Shown piece after piece: positions 7,511-15,557 of a DNA stretch of 15,557 nt. The notes below the pieces were generated by a model, which was given only the letters and a program-made list of their open reading frames with translations, did no database searches and had not been told where the DNA came from. The position numbers and the translations under genes were made by a program. Numbering within the stretch: the stretch's first letter is position 1; every line of letters starts with the position of its first letter. The stretch comes from a virus. The stretch lies in UHGV virus genome UHGV-0274902; one strand, given 5' to 3'.

Positions 7511-8539
7511 ATGGGATTGTTTACGACCCGCCAGTTACTCGGTTATACCGAACAAAAAGTTAAATTCCGTGCGCTGTTTCTGGAGCTGTTTTTCCGCCGT
7601 ACGGTGAATTTCCACACCGAAGAGGTGATGCTGGACAAAATTACCGGAAAAACGCCGGTGGCAGCCTATGTCTCCCCGGTTGTTGAAGGAAAAGTGCTTC
7701 GCCATCGCGGTGGTGAAACCCGCGTGTTACGTCCGGGCTACGTCAAGCCCAAACACGAATTTAATTACCAGCAGGCGGTTGAGCGCCTTCCTGGTGAAGA
7801 TCCGGCTCAGCTGAATGACCCGGCCTACCGTCGTCTGCGTATCATTACCGATAACCTCAAACAGGAAGAGCACGCCATTGTCCAGGTGGAAGAAATGCAG
7901 GCGGTGAATGCCGTGCTGTATGGCAAATACACCATGGAAGGGGATCAGTTTGATACTGTCGAGGTGGATTTCGGGCGCTCTGAAGGAAATAACATTGAGC
8001 AGGCTGACGGTAAAAAATGGTCTGAGCAGGACCGTGATACGTTTGATCCGACGCATGATATTGACCTCTACTGCGATCAGGCCAGCGGCCTTGTGAATAT
8101 CGCCATTATGGACGGTACGGTCTGGCGTCTGCTGAATGGCTTTAAGCTGTTCCGCGAAAAACTGGATACCCGTCGCGGCTCAAATTCACAACTCGAAACG
8201 GCAGTGAAAGACCTGGGGGCGGTGGTGTCCTTCAAGGGGTATTACGGCGATCTGGCCATTGTGGTGGCGAAAACGTCTTATGTGGCAGAGGACGGTACCG
8301 AAAAACGTTATCTGCCGGAGGGCACACTGGTCCTGGGGAATACGGCAGCAGAGGGCATTCGTTGCTATGGTGCCATTCAGGATGCGCAGGCGTTGTCCGA
8401 AGGTGTGGTGGCCTCTTCCCGTTATCCGAAACACTGGCTGACTGTGGGCGATCCGGCCCGTGAATTCACCATGACGCAGTCCGCTCCGCTGATGGTGCTG
8501 CCGGATCCGGATGAGTTTGTGGTGGTACAGGTGAAATAA
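7511..8539 (+). CDS. E: Major capsid protein, lambda gpE homolog
   Basis: 342 aa; PGYVKPKHE, DPAYRRLRII, VEEMQAV, KLDTRRGSNS.LETAVKDLG, TVGDPAREFTMTQSAPLM match lambda gpE along the full length. Confidence 0.95.
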   Translation: MGLFTTRQLLGYTEQKVKFRALFLELFFRRTVNFHTEEVMLDKITGKTPVAAYVSPVVEGKVLRHRGGETRVLRPGYVKPKHEFNYQQAVERLPGEDPAQLNDPAYRRLRIITDNLKQEEHAIVQVEEMQAVNAVLYGKYTMEGDQFDTVEVDFGRSEGNNIEQADGKKWSEQDRDTFDPTHDIDLYCDQASGLVNIAIMDGTVWRLLNGFKLFREKLDTRRGSNSQLETAVKDLGAVVSFKGYYGDLAIVVAKTSYVAEDGTEKRYLPEGTLVLGNTAAEGIRCYGAIQDAQALSEGVVASSRYPKHWLTVGDPAREFTMTQSAPLMVLPDPDEFVVVQVK

Positions 8540-8546
8540 TCCGTGA

Positions 8547-8576
8547 GCGGGGGCGAAATGCCCCCGTGTCTTTTTT
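8547..8576 (+). terminator. GC-rich hairpin followed by a T6 run immediately downstream of E (intrinsic-terminator-like; possibly an mRNA-stabilising stem-loop)
   Basis: Stem 8548-8554 / 8560-8566 (cgggggc / gcccccg), loop gaaat, then gtc + tttttt (8571-8576). Confidence 0.45.
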
Positions 8577-8590
8577 CACAGGAGGCTGAG

Positions 8591-8974
8591 ATGGCAACAA
8601 AAGAAGAAAATCTGAATCGTCTTCGTCAACTGGCTGGCCTGCTGGGGCGCGAGGCGGATATGTCGGGGAGTGCTGCGGATATTGCTCAACGTGTGTCTGA
8701 GTGGGAAGAGGAGCTTGCTGTTTCCCCGGAGGGCATTATGCACTCTGATGAGAGCGGGGCTGATCAAAATCACACAGACGATGGTGAGCAGTTGAACAAC
8801 ACGGATGCTCCGGATGATGTTAAAGCCGTCCGGGTACGGAAGTGCCTGCAAGTAATGGGGTATTGCCCGGAGACAGGTCGTCCCGTTGAGCTGGCGTTAC
8901 GGGGTATGCGTGTTCTGGTGCCATCATCACTGGCAACGGCCATGATACAGCACGGAACGGCTGAATATGCGTGA
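8591..8974 (+). CDS. FI: DNA packaging / head assembly protein, lambda gpFI homolog
   Basis: ATG 8591 preceded by GGAGG. Acidic central region and C-terminal ...VELALRGMRVLVPSSLATAM... resemble lambda gpFI. Position between E and FII matches. Confidence 0.8.
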   Translation: MATKEENLNRLRQLAGLLGREADMSGSAADIAQRVSEWEEELAVSPEGIMHSDESGADQNHTDDGEQLNNTDAPDDVKAVRVRKCLQVMGYCPETGRPVELALRGMRVLVPSSLATAMIQHGTAEYA

Positions 8975-9320
8975 TTTTCAGAATGCCTTTGATGCTGCCC
9001 TCGCCGGGGTGGACAGTACGATCGTTGAAGTGATGGGGATCCGTGCGCAGTTCACCTCGGGGGCACAGTGTGGCAGCGAAGTTCAGGGGGTTTTTGACGA
9101 TCCGGAGTCGCTGGGGTTTGCCGGTGGCGGGGTCCGTATTGAAGGAAGCAGCCCGTCATTATTTGTGCGGACGGATACGGTTCGTGCCGTGCGGCGTGGT
9201 GACACGCTGACCATTAATGGTGAGATATTCTGGGTGGATCGTGTTTCTCCGGATGACGGGGGCAGCTGTTATCTCTGGCTCAACCGTGGTCAACCACCCG
9301 CAGTTAACCGGCGACGATAA
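8967..9320 (+). CDS. FII: Head-tail connector protein, lambda gpFII homolog
   Basis: 117 aa; GVFDDPE, VRIEGSSPSLFVRTD, RRGDTLTI, FWVDRVSPDDGGSC.LWL.RG.PPAVNRRR are near-identical to lambda gpFII. Confidence 0.95.
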   Translation: MRDFQNAFDAALAGVDSTIVEVMGIRAQFTSGAQCGSEVQGVFDDPESLGFAGGGVRIEGSSPSLFVRTDTVRAVRRGDTLTINGEIFWVDRVSPDDGGSCYLWLNRGQPPAVNRRR

Positions 9321-9335
9321 ACGCAGGGTGAAATT

Positions 9336-9869
9336 ATGGCGATAAAAGGGCTTGATCAGGCGATTGACAATCTGAGCCGGGTTCGTAAAAACGCCATTCC
9401 GGCGGCTTCAGCAATGGCCATTAACCGCGTGGCCACAACGGCGATTAATCAGTCTTCATCACAGGTTGCCCGGGAGACAAAGGTTCGCCGGAAACTGGTT
9501 AAGGAACGGTCCAGACTGAAACGGGCGACGGTCAGAAATCCGAATGCCAGAATTATCGTTAACCGCGGTGATCTCCCTGTGATTAAGCTGGGGATCAGGA
9601 TGCTGGGGCGTCGCCCGAACAGCATACTTAAAGCCGGTCAGCATCGGTATCAGCGGGCATTTATTCAGCGATTAAAAAATGGTCGCTGGCATGTCATGCA
9701 GCGTGTGGCCGGGAAAAACCGTTACCCCATTGATGTGGTGAAAATCCCGATGGCGGCCCCACTGAAACAGGCATTTGATGAGAATGTTGACCGTATCCGG
9801 CGTGAACGCCTGCCTAAAGAACTGGCATACGCGCTGAAACAACAACTGAGGATTGCGATAAAACGATGA
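9336..9869 (+). CDS. Z: Minor tail protein (tail terminator region), lambda gpZ homolog
   Basis: MAIKGLDQAIDNLSRV...AMAINRVA...SQVARETKVRRKLVKERSRLKRATV...LKNGRWHVMQRVAGKNRYPIDVVKIPMA...RIRRERLPKEL matches lambda gpZ. Confidence 0.93.
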   Translation: MAIKGLDQAIDNLSRVRKNAIPAASAMAINRVATTAINQSSSQVARETKVRRKLVKERSRLKRATVRNPNARIIVNRGDLPVIKLGIRMLGRRPNSILKAGQHRYQRAFIQRLKNGRWHVMQRVAGKNRYPIDVVKIPMAAPLKQAFDENVDRIRRERLPKELAYALKQQLRIAIKR

Positions 9870-10261
9870 AACACACTGACATTCGTGCCGCAGTGCTGGA
9901 TGCACTCGAGCAGCATGAACACGGGGCGACGCTGTTTGATGGTCGCCCCGTTGTTTTTGACGAAGAGGATTTTCCTGCGATCGCGGTTTATCTGACGGAT
10001 GCAGAGTATACCGGTGAAGAGCTGGATGCAGATACCTGGCGGGCCACACTGCATATTGAGGTGTTTTTACCGGCACAGGTACCTGATTCGGAGCTCGATC
10101 AGTGGATGGAAAGCCGGATTTATCCGGCGATGACTGCGATCCCTGCACTGGCAGGACTGATTACCACGATGGTTACGCAGGGCTATGAGTATCGTCGTGA
10201 TGACGATATGGCGTTATGGAGCTCTGCGGATCTGACTTATTCCATTACATACGAGATGTGA
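9866..10261 (+). CDS. U: Tail terminator protein, lambda gpU homolog
   Basis: 131 aa; [17 protein letters not shown]...[15 protein letters not shown]...[25 protein letters not shown]...RRDDD...[13 protein letters not shown] matches lambda gpU. Confidence 0.95.
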   Translation: MKHTDIRAAVLDALEQHEHGATLFDGRPVVFDEEDFPAIAVYLTDAEYTGEELDADTWRATLHIEVFLPAQVPDSELDQWMESRIYPAMTAIPALAGLITTMVTQGYEYRRDDDMALWSSADLTYSITYEM

Positions 10262-10268
10262 GGACGAT

Positions 10269-11021
10269 ATGGCAACACCAAATCCCCTGGAGCCGGTAAA
10301 AGGTGCCGGTACCACTCTGTGGGTTTACAACGGCAAGGGTGATGCTTATGCAAACCCGTTGTCAGACGATGACTGGCAGCGACTGGCTAAGGTGAAGGAT
10401 CTGACGCCGGGCGAGATGACGGCAGAACCCTACGATGATAACTACCTGGATGATGAAGACGCGGACTGGACCGCGACCGGGCAGGGGCAGAAGTCTGCAG
10501 GAGATACCAGTTTTACGCTGGCCTGGAAACCGGGAGAAGATGGTCAGAAAGGGCTTATAGGCTGGTTTGAAAGCGGGGATGTGCGGGCCTATAAAATCCG
10601 TTTTCCGAACGGCACGGTGGATGTGTTTCGTGGCTGGGTCAGCAGTATCGGTAAGGCCGTGACGGCGAAAGAAGTGATCACCCGCACGGTGAAAGTGACC
10701 AACGTGGGCAAACCTTCCGTGGCGGAAGAACGCAGCAAAATTACGCCGGTCACTGCAATTAAGGTGACACCGACATCCGGTACCGTGGAAAAAGGAAAAA
10801 CAACCACCCTGACGGTTTCTTTTGAGCCGGAAAGTGCAACCGACAAGACGTTCAGAGCGGTTTCCGCCGATCCGTCAACGGGAACCATTGCTGTGAAAGA
10901 TATGGTGATCACTGTGACGGGGATTAAGGCCGGAAAAGTGAGTATCCCCGTGATTTCCGGTAATGGTCAGTTTGCCACGGTAGCTGAAGTCACCGTTACT
11001 GAAGCGGGCGCTGCAGGGTAA
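10269..11021 (+). CDS. V: Major tail tube protein, lambda gpV homolog, with a C-terminal Ig-like domain
   Basis: 250 aa; [75 protein letters not shown] match lambda gpV. Confidence 0.95.
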   Translation: MATPNPLEPVKGAGTTLWVYNGKGDAYANPLSDDDWQRLAKVKDLTPGEMTAEPYDDNYLDDEDADWTATGQGQKSAGDTSFTLAWKPGEDGQKGLIGWFESGDVRAYKIRFPNGTVDVFRGWVSSIGKAVTAKEVITRTVKVTNVGKPSVAEERSKITPVTAIKVTPTSGTVEKGKTTTLTVSFEPESATDKTFRAVSADPSTGTIAVKDMVITVTGIKAGKVSIPVISGNGQFATVAEVTVTEAGAAG

Positions 11022-11034
11022 ACGGAGGTAATAC

Positions 11035-11466
11035 ATGTTTCTGAAAACAGAACAATTTGAATATAACGGTGTATCCGTCATGCTTTCTGAGCTGTCTGCG
11101 CTGCAGCGTATTGAGCATCTTGCCCTCCTGAAACGGCGGGCAGAAGAGGCTGAAGCCAGCGGCAACCTGCAGGTGAGTGTGGAAGATCTTGTCAGAACCG
11201 GCGCGTTTCTGGTGGCGATGTCCCTGTGGCATAACCATCCGGAGAAAGTGCAGCTGCTGTCAATGAATGAGGCCGTGATGCAGATCGAACAGGATGTGCT
11301 GACGACCTGGCCGGCTGATGCCATTGCCCGGGCGGAAGAGGTGGTGTTACGTCTGTCCGGGATGAGCGGGGCTGTTCATGCGGATACTGACAGCACCGAA
11401 GTGGCGAAAAATAACGCGCTTACTGATGATGATTTTTCTGCGGGAAAGTTTTCGACGGCGAGCTGA
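11035..11466 (+). CDS. G: Tail assembly chaperone, lambda gpG homolog
   Basis: MFLKTEQFEYNGVSVMLSELSALQRIEHLALLKR...GAFLVAMSLWHNHPEK...SMNEAV.QIEQDVLTTWP matches lambda gpG. Ends just after the slippery site. Confidence 0.93.
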   Translation: MFLKTEQFEYNGVSVMLSELSALQRIEHLALLKRRAEEAEASGNLQVSVEDLVRTGAFLVAMSLWHNHPEKVQLLSMNEAVMQIEQDVLTTWPADAIARAEEVVLRLSGMSGAVHADTDSTEVAKNNALTDDDFSAGKFSTAS

Positions 11467-11906
11467 ATTTTGCCCTCAGACTGGCGCGTGAGATGGGGAG
11501 GCCTGACTGGCGCGCCATGCTTGCCGGGATGACATCCACCGAATATGCCGACTGGCGACATTTTTACCGCACGCATTATTTTCAGGATACCCAACTGGAT
11601 ATGCATTTTTCCGGGCTGATGTACGCCGTACTCAGCCTGTTTTTTTGCGATCCGGATATGCATCCCTCGGATTTCAGTCTGCTGGCTCCCCGGCGAGAGG
11701 AAGCGCAGACGGAGATGCCGGATGAGGAAGACATGCTGATGCAGAAAGCGGCAGGACTTGCCGGAGGCGTCCGGTTCGGTGGGGAGGGAGGGGGCGATAT
11801 TTCACCTTCTGCAGATGTGGTGGATGTCAGCGAGGATGATGTTGCATTAATGATGGCTTCAGCGGGGATTTCCGGAGGTGTGAGATATGTCCCAGCCGGT
11901 TGGTGA
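11035..11906 (+). CDS. T: Tail assembly chaperone fusion (gpG-T) made by a programmed -1 ribosomal frameshift at the G_GGA_AAG heptamer (11442-11448). The T-specific part is 11448-11906
   Basis: Slippery heptamer GGGAAAG in the G zero frame (gcg GGA AAG). After a -1 shift the frame reads ...ELNFALRLAREMGRPDWRAMLAGMTSTEYADW..., matching lambda gpT. The T frame has no independent start near the junction. Confidence 0.85.
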
Positions 11907-14460
11907 TCTTGTTATTGACCTGAGTCTGGATGCTGTCCGTTTCGATGAGCAGATGAGCCGGGTAAGGCGTCATTTTTCAGGACTGGATACCGACGCCAGA
12001 AAAACCGCCGGTGCCGTTGAGCAGAGTCTGAACCGTCAGGCGCTGGCCGCACAAAAAGCCGGGATTTCCGTCGGGCAGTATAAAGCAGCCATGCGTACCC
12101 TGCCCGCACAGTTTACGGATATCGCCACGCAGCTTGCCGGTGGTCAGAATCCCTGGCTCATCCTGCTGCAACAGGGCGGTCAGGTGAAGGACTCCTTCGG
12201 CGGGATGATCCCCATGTTCAGGGGGCTTGCCGGTGCGATCACCCTGCCGATGGTCGGGGTCACCTCGCTGGCGGTGGCGACAGGTGCGCTGGCGTACGCC
12301 TGGTACCAGGGGGATTCCACGCTTTCAGAATTTAATAAAACGCTGGTCCTTTCCGGCAATCAGGCCGGACTGACTGCCGATCGTATGCTGACGCTCTCAA
12401 GAGCCGGGCAGGCAGCAGGGCTGACGTTTAACCAGGCGAGAGAGTCACTGGCAGCCCTGGTGAATGCCGGTGTGCGTGGTGGTGAACAGTTTGATGCCAT
12501 TAACCAGAGTGTCGCGCGTTTTGCGTCTGCATCCGGTGTGGAGGTGGATAAAGTCGCTGAAGCCTTCGGGAAGCTGACCACTGACCCGACGTCGGGACTG
12601 ATGGCGATGGCGCGCCAGTTCCGTAACGTGACGGCAGAGCAGATTGCGTATGTTGCACAACTGCAGCGTTCCGGAGACGAGGCCGGGGCCTTACAGGCGG
12701 CGAACGATATCGCCACGAAAGGCTTTGATGAGCAGACCCGTCGCCTGAAAGAAAACATGGGAACACTGGAGACTTGGGCGGATAAAACAGGGAAGGCATT
12801 CAAATCGATGTGGGATGCCATTCTGGATATCGGTCGTCCGGAATCCTCAGCGGATATGCTCGCCAGTGCGCAGAAGGCATTTGATGAGGCGGATAAAAAA
12901 TGGCAGTGGTACCAGAGCCGGAGCCAGCGCCGCGGTAAAACCTCCTCTTTCCGGGCCAACCTTCAGGGCGCATGGGATGACCGGGAAAATGCCCGTCTGG
13001 GTCTGGCAGCGGCAACGCTGCAGTCGGATATGGAAAAAGCCGGTGAACTGGCGGCAAGGGACAGGGCTGAGCGTGAGTCGTCACAGCTGAAGTATACCGG
13101 AGAGGCGCAGAAGGCGTATGAGCGCCTGCTGACGCCACTGGAGAAATATACCGCCCGGCAGGAAGAGCTGAATAAGGCCCTGAAAGACGGGAAAATCCTG
13201 CAGGCGGATTACAACACGCTGATGGCGTCGGCAAAAAAGGATTATGAATCGACGCAGAAAAAGCCGTCCGGTGTGAAGGTGTCTGCCGGTGAGCGCCAGG
13301 AAGACCGGGCGCATGCAGCCATGCTGGCGCTTGAAACCGAGCTCCTGACGCTGGAAAAGCATGCCGGTGCGAATGAAAAAATCAGCCAGCAGCGCCGGGA
13401 TTTATGGAAAGCGGAAAATCAGTATGTGGTCCTGAAAGAGGCCGCCACGAAACGGCAGTTATCTGAGCAGGAAAAATCCCTGCTGGCCCATGAGAAAGAG
13501 ACGCTGGAGTACAAACGCCAGCTGGCTGACCTGGGCGACAAGGTTGAACACCAGAAACGGCTGAATGAGCTGGCACAGCAGGCGGCGCGGTTTGAACAGC
13601 AGCAGAGCGCGAAGCAGGCCGCCATCAGCGCAAAAGCCCGCGGCCTCACCGACCGTCAGGCGCAGCGGGAGTCGGAAGAGCAGCGCCTTCGTGACGTGTA
13701 CGGTGATAATCCGGATGCGCTGGCGAAGGCCACATCTGCACTGAAGAACACCTGGTCTGCGGAGGAGCAGCTTCGTGGAAGCTGGATGGCGGGTCTGAAG
13801 TCCGGCTGGGGCGAGTGGGCGGAAAGTGCGACGGACAGTTTTTCGCAGGTTAAAAGCGCGGCCACGCAGACCTTTGACGGTATTGCACAGAATATGGCAG
13901 CGATGCTGACCGGCAGCGAACAGAACTGGCGTGGTTTCACCCGTTCCGTGCTCTCCATGCTGACAGAGATTTTTCTGAAGCAGGCGATGGTGGGGATTGT
14001 CGGGCGTATCGGCAGCGCCATTGGTGGTGCTTTCGGTGGTGGCGCATCCGCTTCCACGGGGACGGCTATTCAGGCTGCGGCGGCGAACTTCCATTTCGCG
14101 ACCGGGGGATTTACGGGAACCGGTGGCAAATATGAGCCAGCGGGGATTGTCCACCGCGGGGAGTTTGTCTTCACGAAGGAGGCAACCAGCCGGATTGGTG
14201 TCGGGAACCTGTACCGCCTGATGCGGGGCTATGCGGAAGGGGGGTATGTGGGTGCTGCCGGAGGTCCGGCGCAGATGCGGCGGGCGGAAGGTATTAATTT
14301 TAATCAGAACAATCACGTGGTGATTCAGAACGACGGCATCAACGGACAGGCCGGGCCGCAGCTGATGAAAGCGGTGTATGAGATGGCCCGTAAAGGTGCG
14401 CAGGATGAGCTCCGGCTGCAGTTGCGTGATGGCGGTCTGTTATCGGGGAGCGGGCGATGA
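11887..14460 (+). CDS. H: Tail tape measure protein, lambda gpH homolog
   Basis: 857 aa; near full-length match to lambda gpH (VGDLVIDLSLDA.RFDEQM.RVRRHFSG, QYKAAMR.LPAQFTD.ATQLAGGQ.PWLILLQQGGQVKDSFGGMIPMFRGL, LYRLMRGYA.GGYVG and others). Confidence 0.95.
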   Translation: MSQPVGDLVIDLSLDAVRFDEQMSRVRRHFSGLDTDARKTAGAVEQSLNRQALAAQKAGISVGQYKAAMRTLPAQFTDIATQLAGGQNPWLILLQQGGQVKDSFGGMIPMFRGLAGAITLPMVGVTSLAVATGALAYAWYQGDSTLSEFNKTLVLSGNQAGLTADRMLTLSRAGQAAGLTFNQARESLAALVNAGVRGGEQFDAINQSVARFASASGVEVDKVAEAFGKLTTDPTSGLMAMARQFRNVTAEQIAYVAQLQRSGDEAGALQAANDIATKGFDEQTRRLKENMGTLETWADKTGKAFKSMWDAILDIGRPESSADMLASAQKAFDEADKKWQWYQSRSQRRGKTSSFRANLQGAWDDRENARLGLAAATLQSDMEKAGELAARDRAERESSQLKYTGEAQKAYERLLTPLEKYTARQEELNKALKDGKILQADYNTLMASAKKDYESTQKKPSGVKVSAGERQEDRAHAAMLALETELLTLEKHAGANEKISQQRRDLWKAENQYVVLKEAATKRQLSEQEKSLLAHEKETLEYKRQLADLGDKVEHQKRLNELAQQAARFEQQQSAKQAAISAKARGLTDRQAQRESEEQRLRDVYGDNPDALAKATSALKNTWSAEEQLRGSWMAGLKSGWGEWAESATDSFSQVKSAATQTFDGIAQNMAAMLTGSEQNWRGFTRSVLSMLTEIFLKQAMVGIVGRIGSAIGGAFGGGASASTGTAIQAAAANFHFATGGFTGTGGKYEPAGIVHRGEFVFTKEATSRIGVGNLYRLMRGYAEGGYVGAAGGPAQMRRAEGINFNQNNHVVIQNDGINGQAGPQLMKAVYEMARKGAQDELRLQLRDGGLLSGSGR

Positions 14461-14786
14461 AAACCTTTCGCTGGAAAGTGAAACCGGATATGGAGGTGAA
14501 CTCGCAGCCATCGGTGCGTGAAGTGCGTTTTGGTGACGGGTACTCACAGCGTATGGCGGCAGGGCTGAATGCTGACCTGAAAACATACCGGGTGATGCTT
14601 TCCGTGACCCGGGAGGAGGCCCGTCATCTGGAAGCGTTCCTGGCAGAGCACGGTGGCTGGAAGGCATTTTTGTGGAAGCCACCCTATGCATACCGGCAGA
14701 TAAAGGTGACCTGTGCCGGGTGGTCTGCGCGGGTCGGGATGTTGCGCGTTGAGTTCAGCGCGGAGTTTAAGCAGGTGGTGAACTGA
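14457..14786 (+). CDS. M: Minor tail protein, lambda gpM homolog
   Basis: 109 aa; MKTFRWKVKP.M.V.S.PSVR.VRFGDGYSQR...LKTY.V.LSV.REEA..LE.FL.EHGGWK.FLW.PPY..RQIKVTCA.WS.RV.MLRVEFSAEF.QVVN is near-identical in pattern to lambda gpM. Confidence 0.95.
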   Translation: MKTFRWKVKPDMEVNSQPSVREVRFGDGYSQRMAAGLNADLKTYRVMLSVTREEARHLEAFLAEHGGWKAFLWKPPYAYRQIKVTCAGWSARVGMLRVEFSAEFKQVVN

Positions 14787-15472
14787 TGCAGGATATTCAC
14801 GAAGAAAGTCTGAACGAGTCGGTTAAATCAGAGCAGTCACCGCGGGTGGTGCTCTGGGAAATCGACCTGACGGTACAGGGCGGTGAGCGGTATTTTTTCT
14901 GCAATGAGCTGAATGAAAAAGGGGAGCCGGTCACCTGGCAGGGGCGGCAATATCAGGCGTACCCGATTGAGGGCAGCGGCTTTGAGATGAACGGAAAGGG
15001 CAGCAGTGCCAGACCGTTGCTGACGGTGTCCAATCTGTTTGGTCTTGTCACCGGAATGGCGGAGGATTTGCAGAGCCTGGTGGGGGCCACGGTGGTCCGC
15101 CGCCGGGTGTATGCCCGTTTTCTGGATGCGGTGAATTTCGTTGCGGGCAATCCGGAAGCGGACCCGGAGCAGGAGCTGAGTGACCGCTGGGTGGTGGAGC
15201 AGATGTCGCAGCTGACAGCCATGACGGCCTCGTTTGTGCTGGCCACACCGACCGAGACGGACGGGGCGCTGTTTCCCGGTCGTATCATGCTGGCGAACAC
15301 CTGTATGTGGACCTACCGCTCTGATGAGTGTGGTTACACGGGCGGGGCTGTGGCGGATGAGTTCGATAAACCCACCACGGATATCCGTAAGGACAGATGC
15401 AGCAAGTGCATGCGCGGGTGTGAACTGCGCAGGAATGTCGGCAATTCCACATACAGGTGTTCGCCAGCATGA
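14786..15472 (+). CDS. L: Minor tail protein, lambda gpL homolog, with an aberrant 3' end. gpL-like sequence runs to 15445, then the frame enters an inverted copy of 15200-15311 and stops at 15472
   Basis: MQDIHEESLNE...VVLWEIDLT..GGERYFFCNE.NEKGEPVTWQGRQYQ.YPI.GSGFE.NGKG.S.RP.LTVSNL.G.VTGMAED.QSLVG.TVVRR.VYARFLDAVNFV.GN matches lambda gpL through ...RNVGN. The last ~12 residues expected from lambda are replaced by STYRCSPA, which is encoded by the fold-back copy. Confidence 0.85.
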   Translation: MQDIHEESLNESVKSEQSPRVVLWEIDLTVQGGERYFFCNELNEKGEPVTWQGRQYQAYPIEGSGFEMNGKGSSARPLLTVSNLFGLVTGMAEDLQSLVGATVVRRRVYARFLDAVNFVAGNPEADPEQELSDRWVVEQMSQLTAMTASFVLATPTETDGALFPGRIMLANTCMWTYRSDECGYTGGAVADEFDKPTTDIRKDRCSKCMRGCELRRNVGNSTYRCSPA

Positions 15473-15557
15473 TACGACCGGGAAACAGCGCCCCGTCCGT
15501 CTCGGTCGGTGTGGCCAGCACAAACGAGGCCGTCATGGCTGTCAGCTGCGACATCTG
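15200..15557. repeat. Perfect inverted repeat at least 112 bp long: 15446-15557 is the exact reverse complement of 15200-15311, spacer 15312-15445 (134 bp). Cut by the window end
   Basis: Base-by-base reverse-complement comparison. The minus strand of 15446-15554 re-encodes the gpL segment MSQLTAMTASFVLATPTETDGALFPGRIMLANTCMW. Confidence 0.9.

Noticed and set aside
1-15557. Searched for defence systems, toxin-antitoxin pairs, CRISPR arrays, tRNAs and moron genes
   Set aside because: Every substantial ORF is accounted for by a lambda-like late gene in canonical order, and intergenic gaps are short. I found no direct-repeat/spacer array and no tRNA-like structure.

Overview
This window is the late (lysis-end, packaging, head and tail) region of a lambda-like (lambdoid) phage or prophage from an enterobacterium, all on the + strand. 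Gene order is Rz/Rz1, cos, nu1, A, W, B, C/nu3, D, E, FI, FII, Z, U, V, G/T, H, M, L. Every assignment rests on my recognition of similarity to phage lambda proteins and DNA from memory; no database search was run. I found no defence or moron cassette, no tRNA and no CRISPR array. The most unusual content is three perfect fold-back (inverted-duplication) junctions with 122-172 bp spacers. One disrupts the portal gene B at 5078-5415, one replaces the 3' end of L at 15200-15557 and runs off the window, and one sits at the left edge (1-19 and 142-160). They are either real recent template-switch rearrangements in a decaying prophage or amplification/assembly chimeras; the sequence alone cannot decide. 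Other notable points are a cos site whose cosN core matches lambda but whose cosB carries a different 11-bp repeat, and a threefold tandem repeat in the C/nu3 scaffold region.
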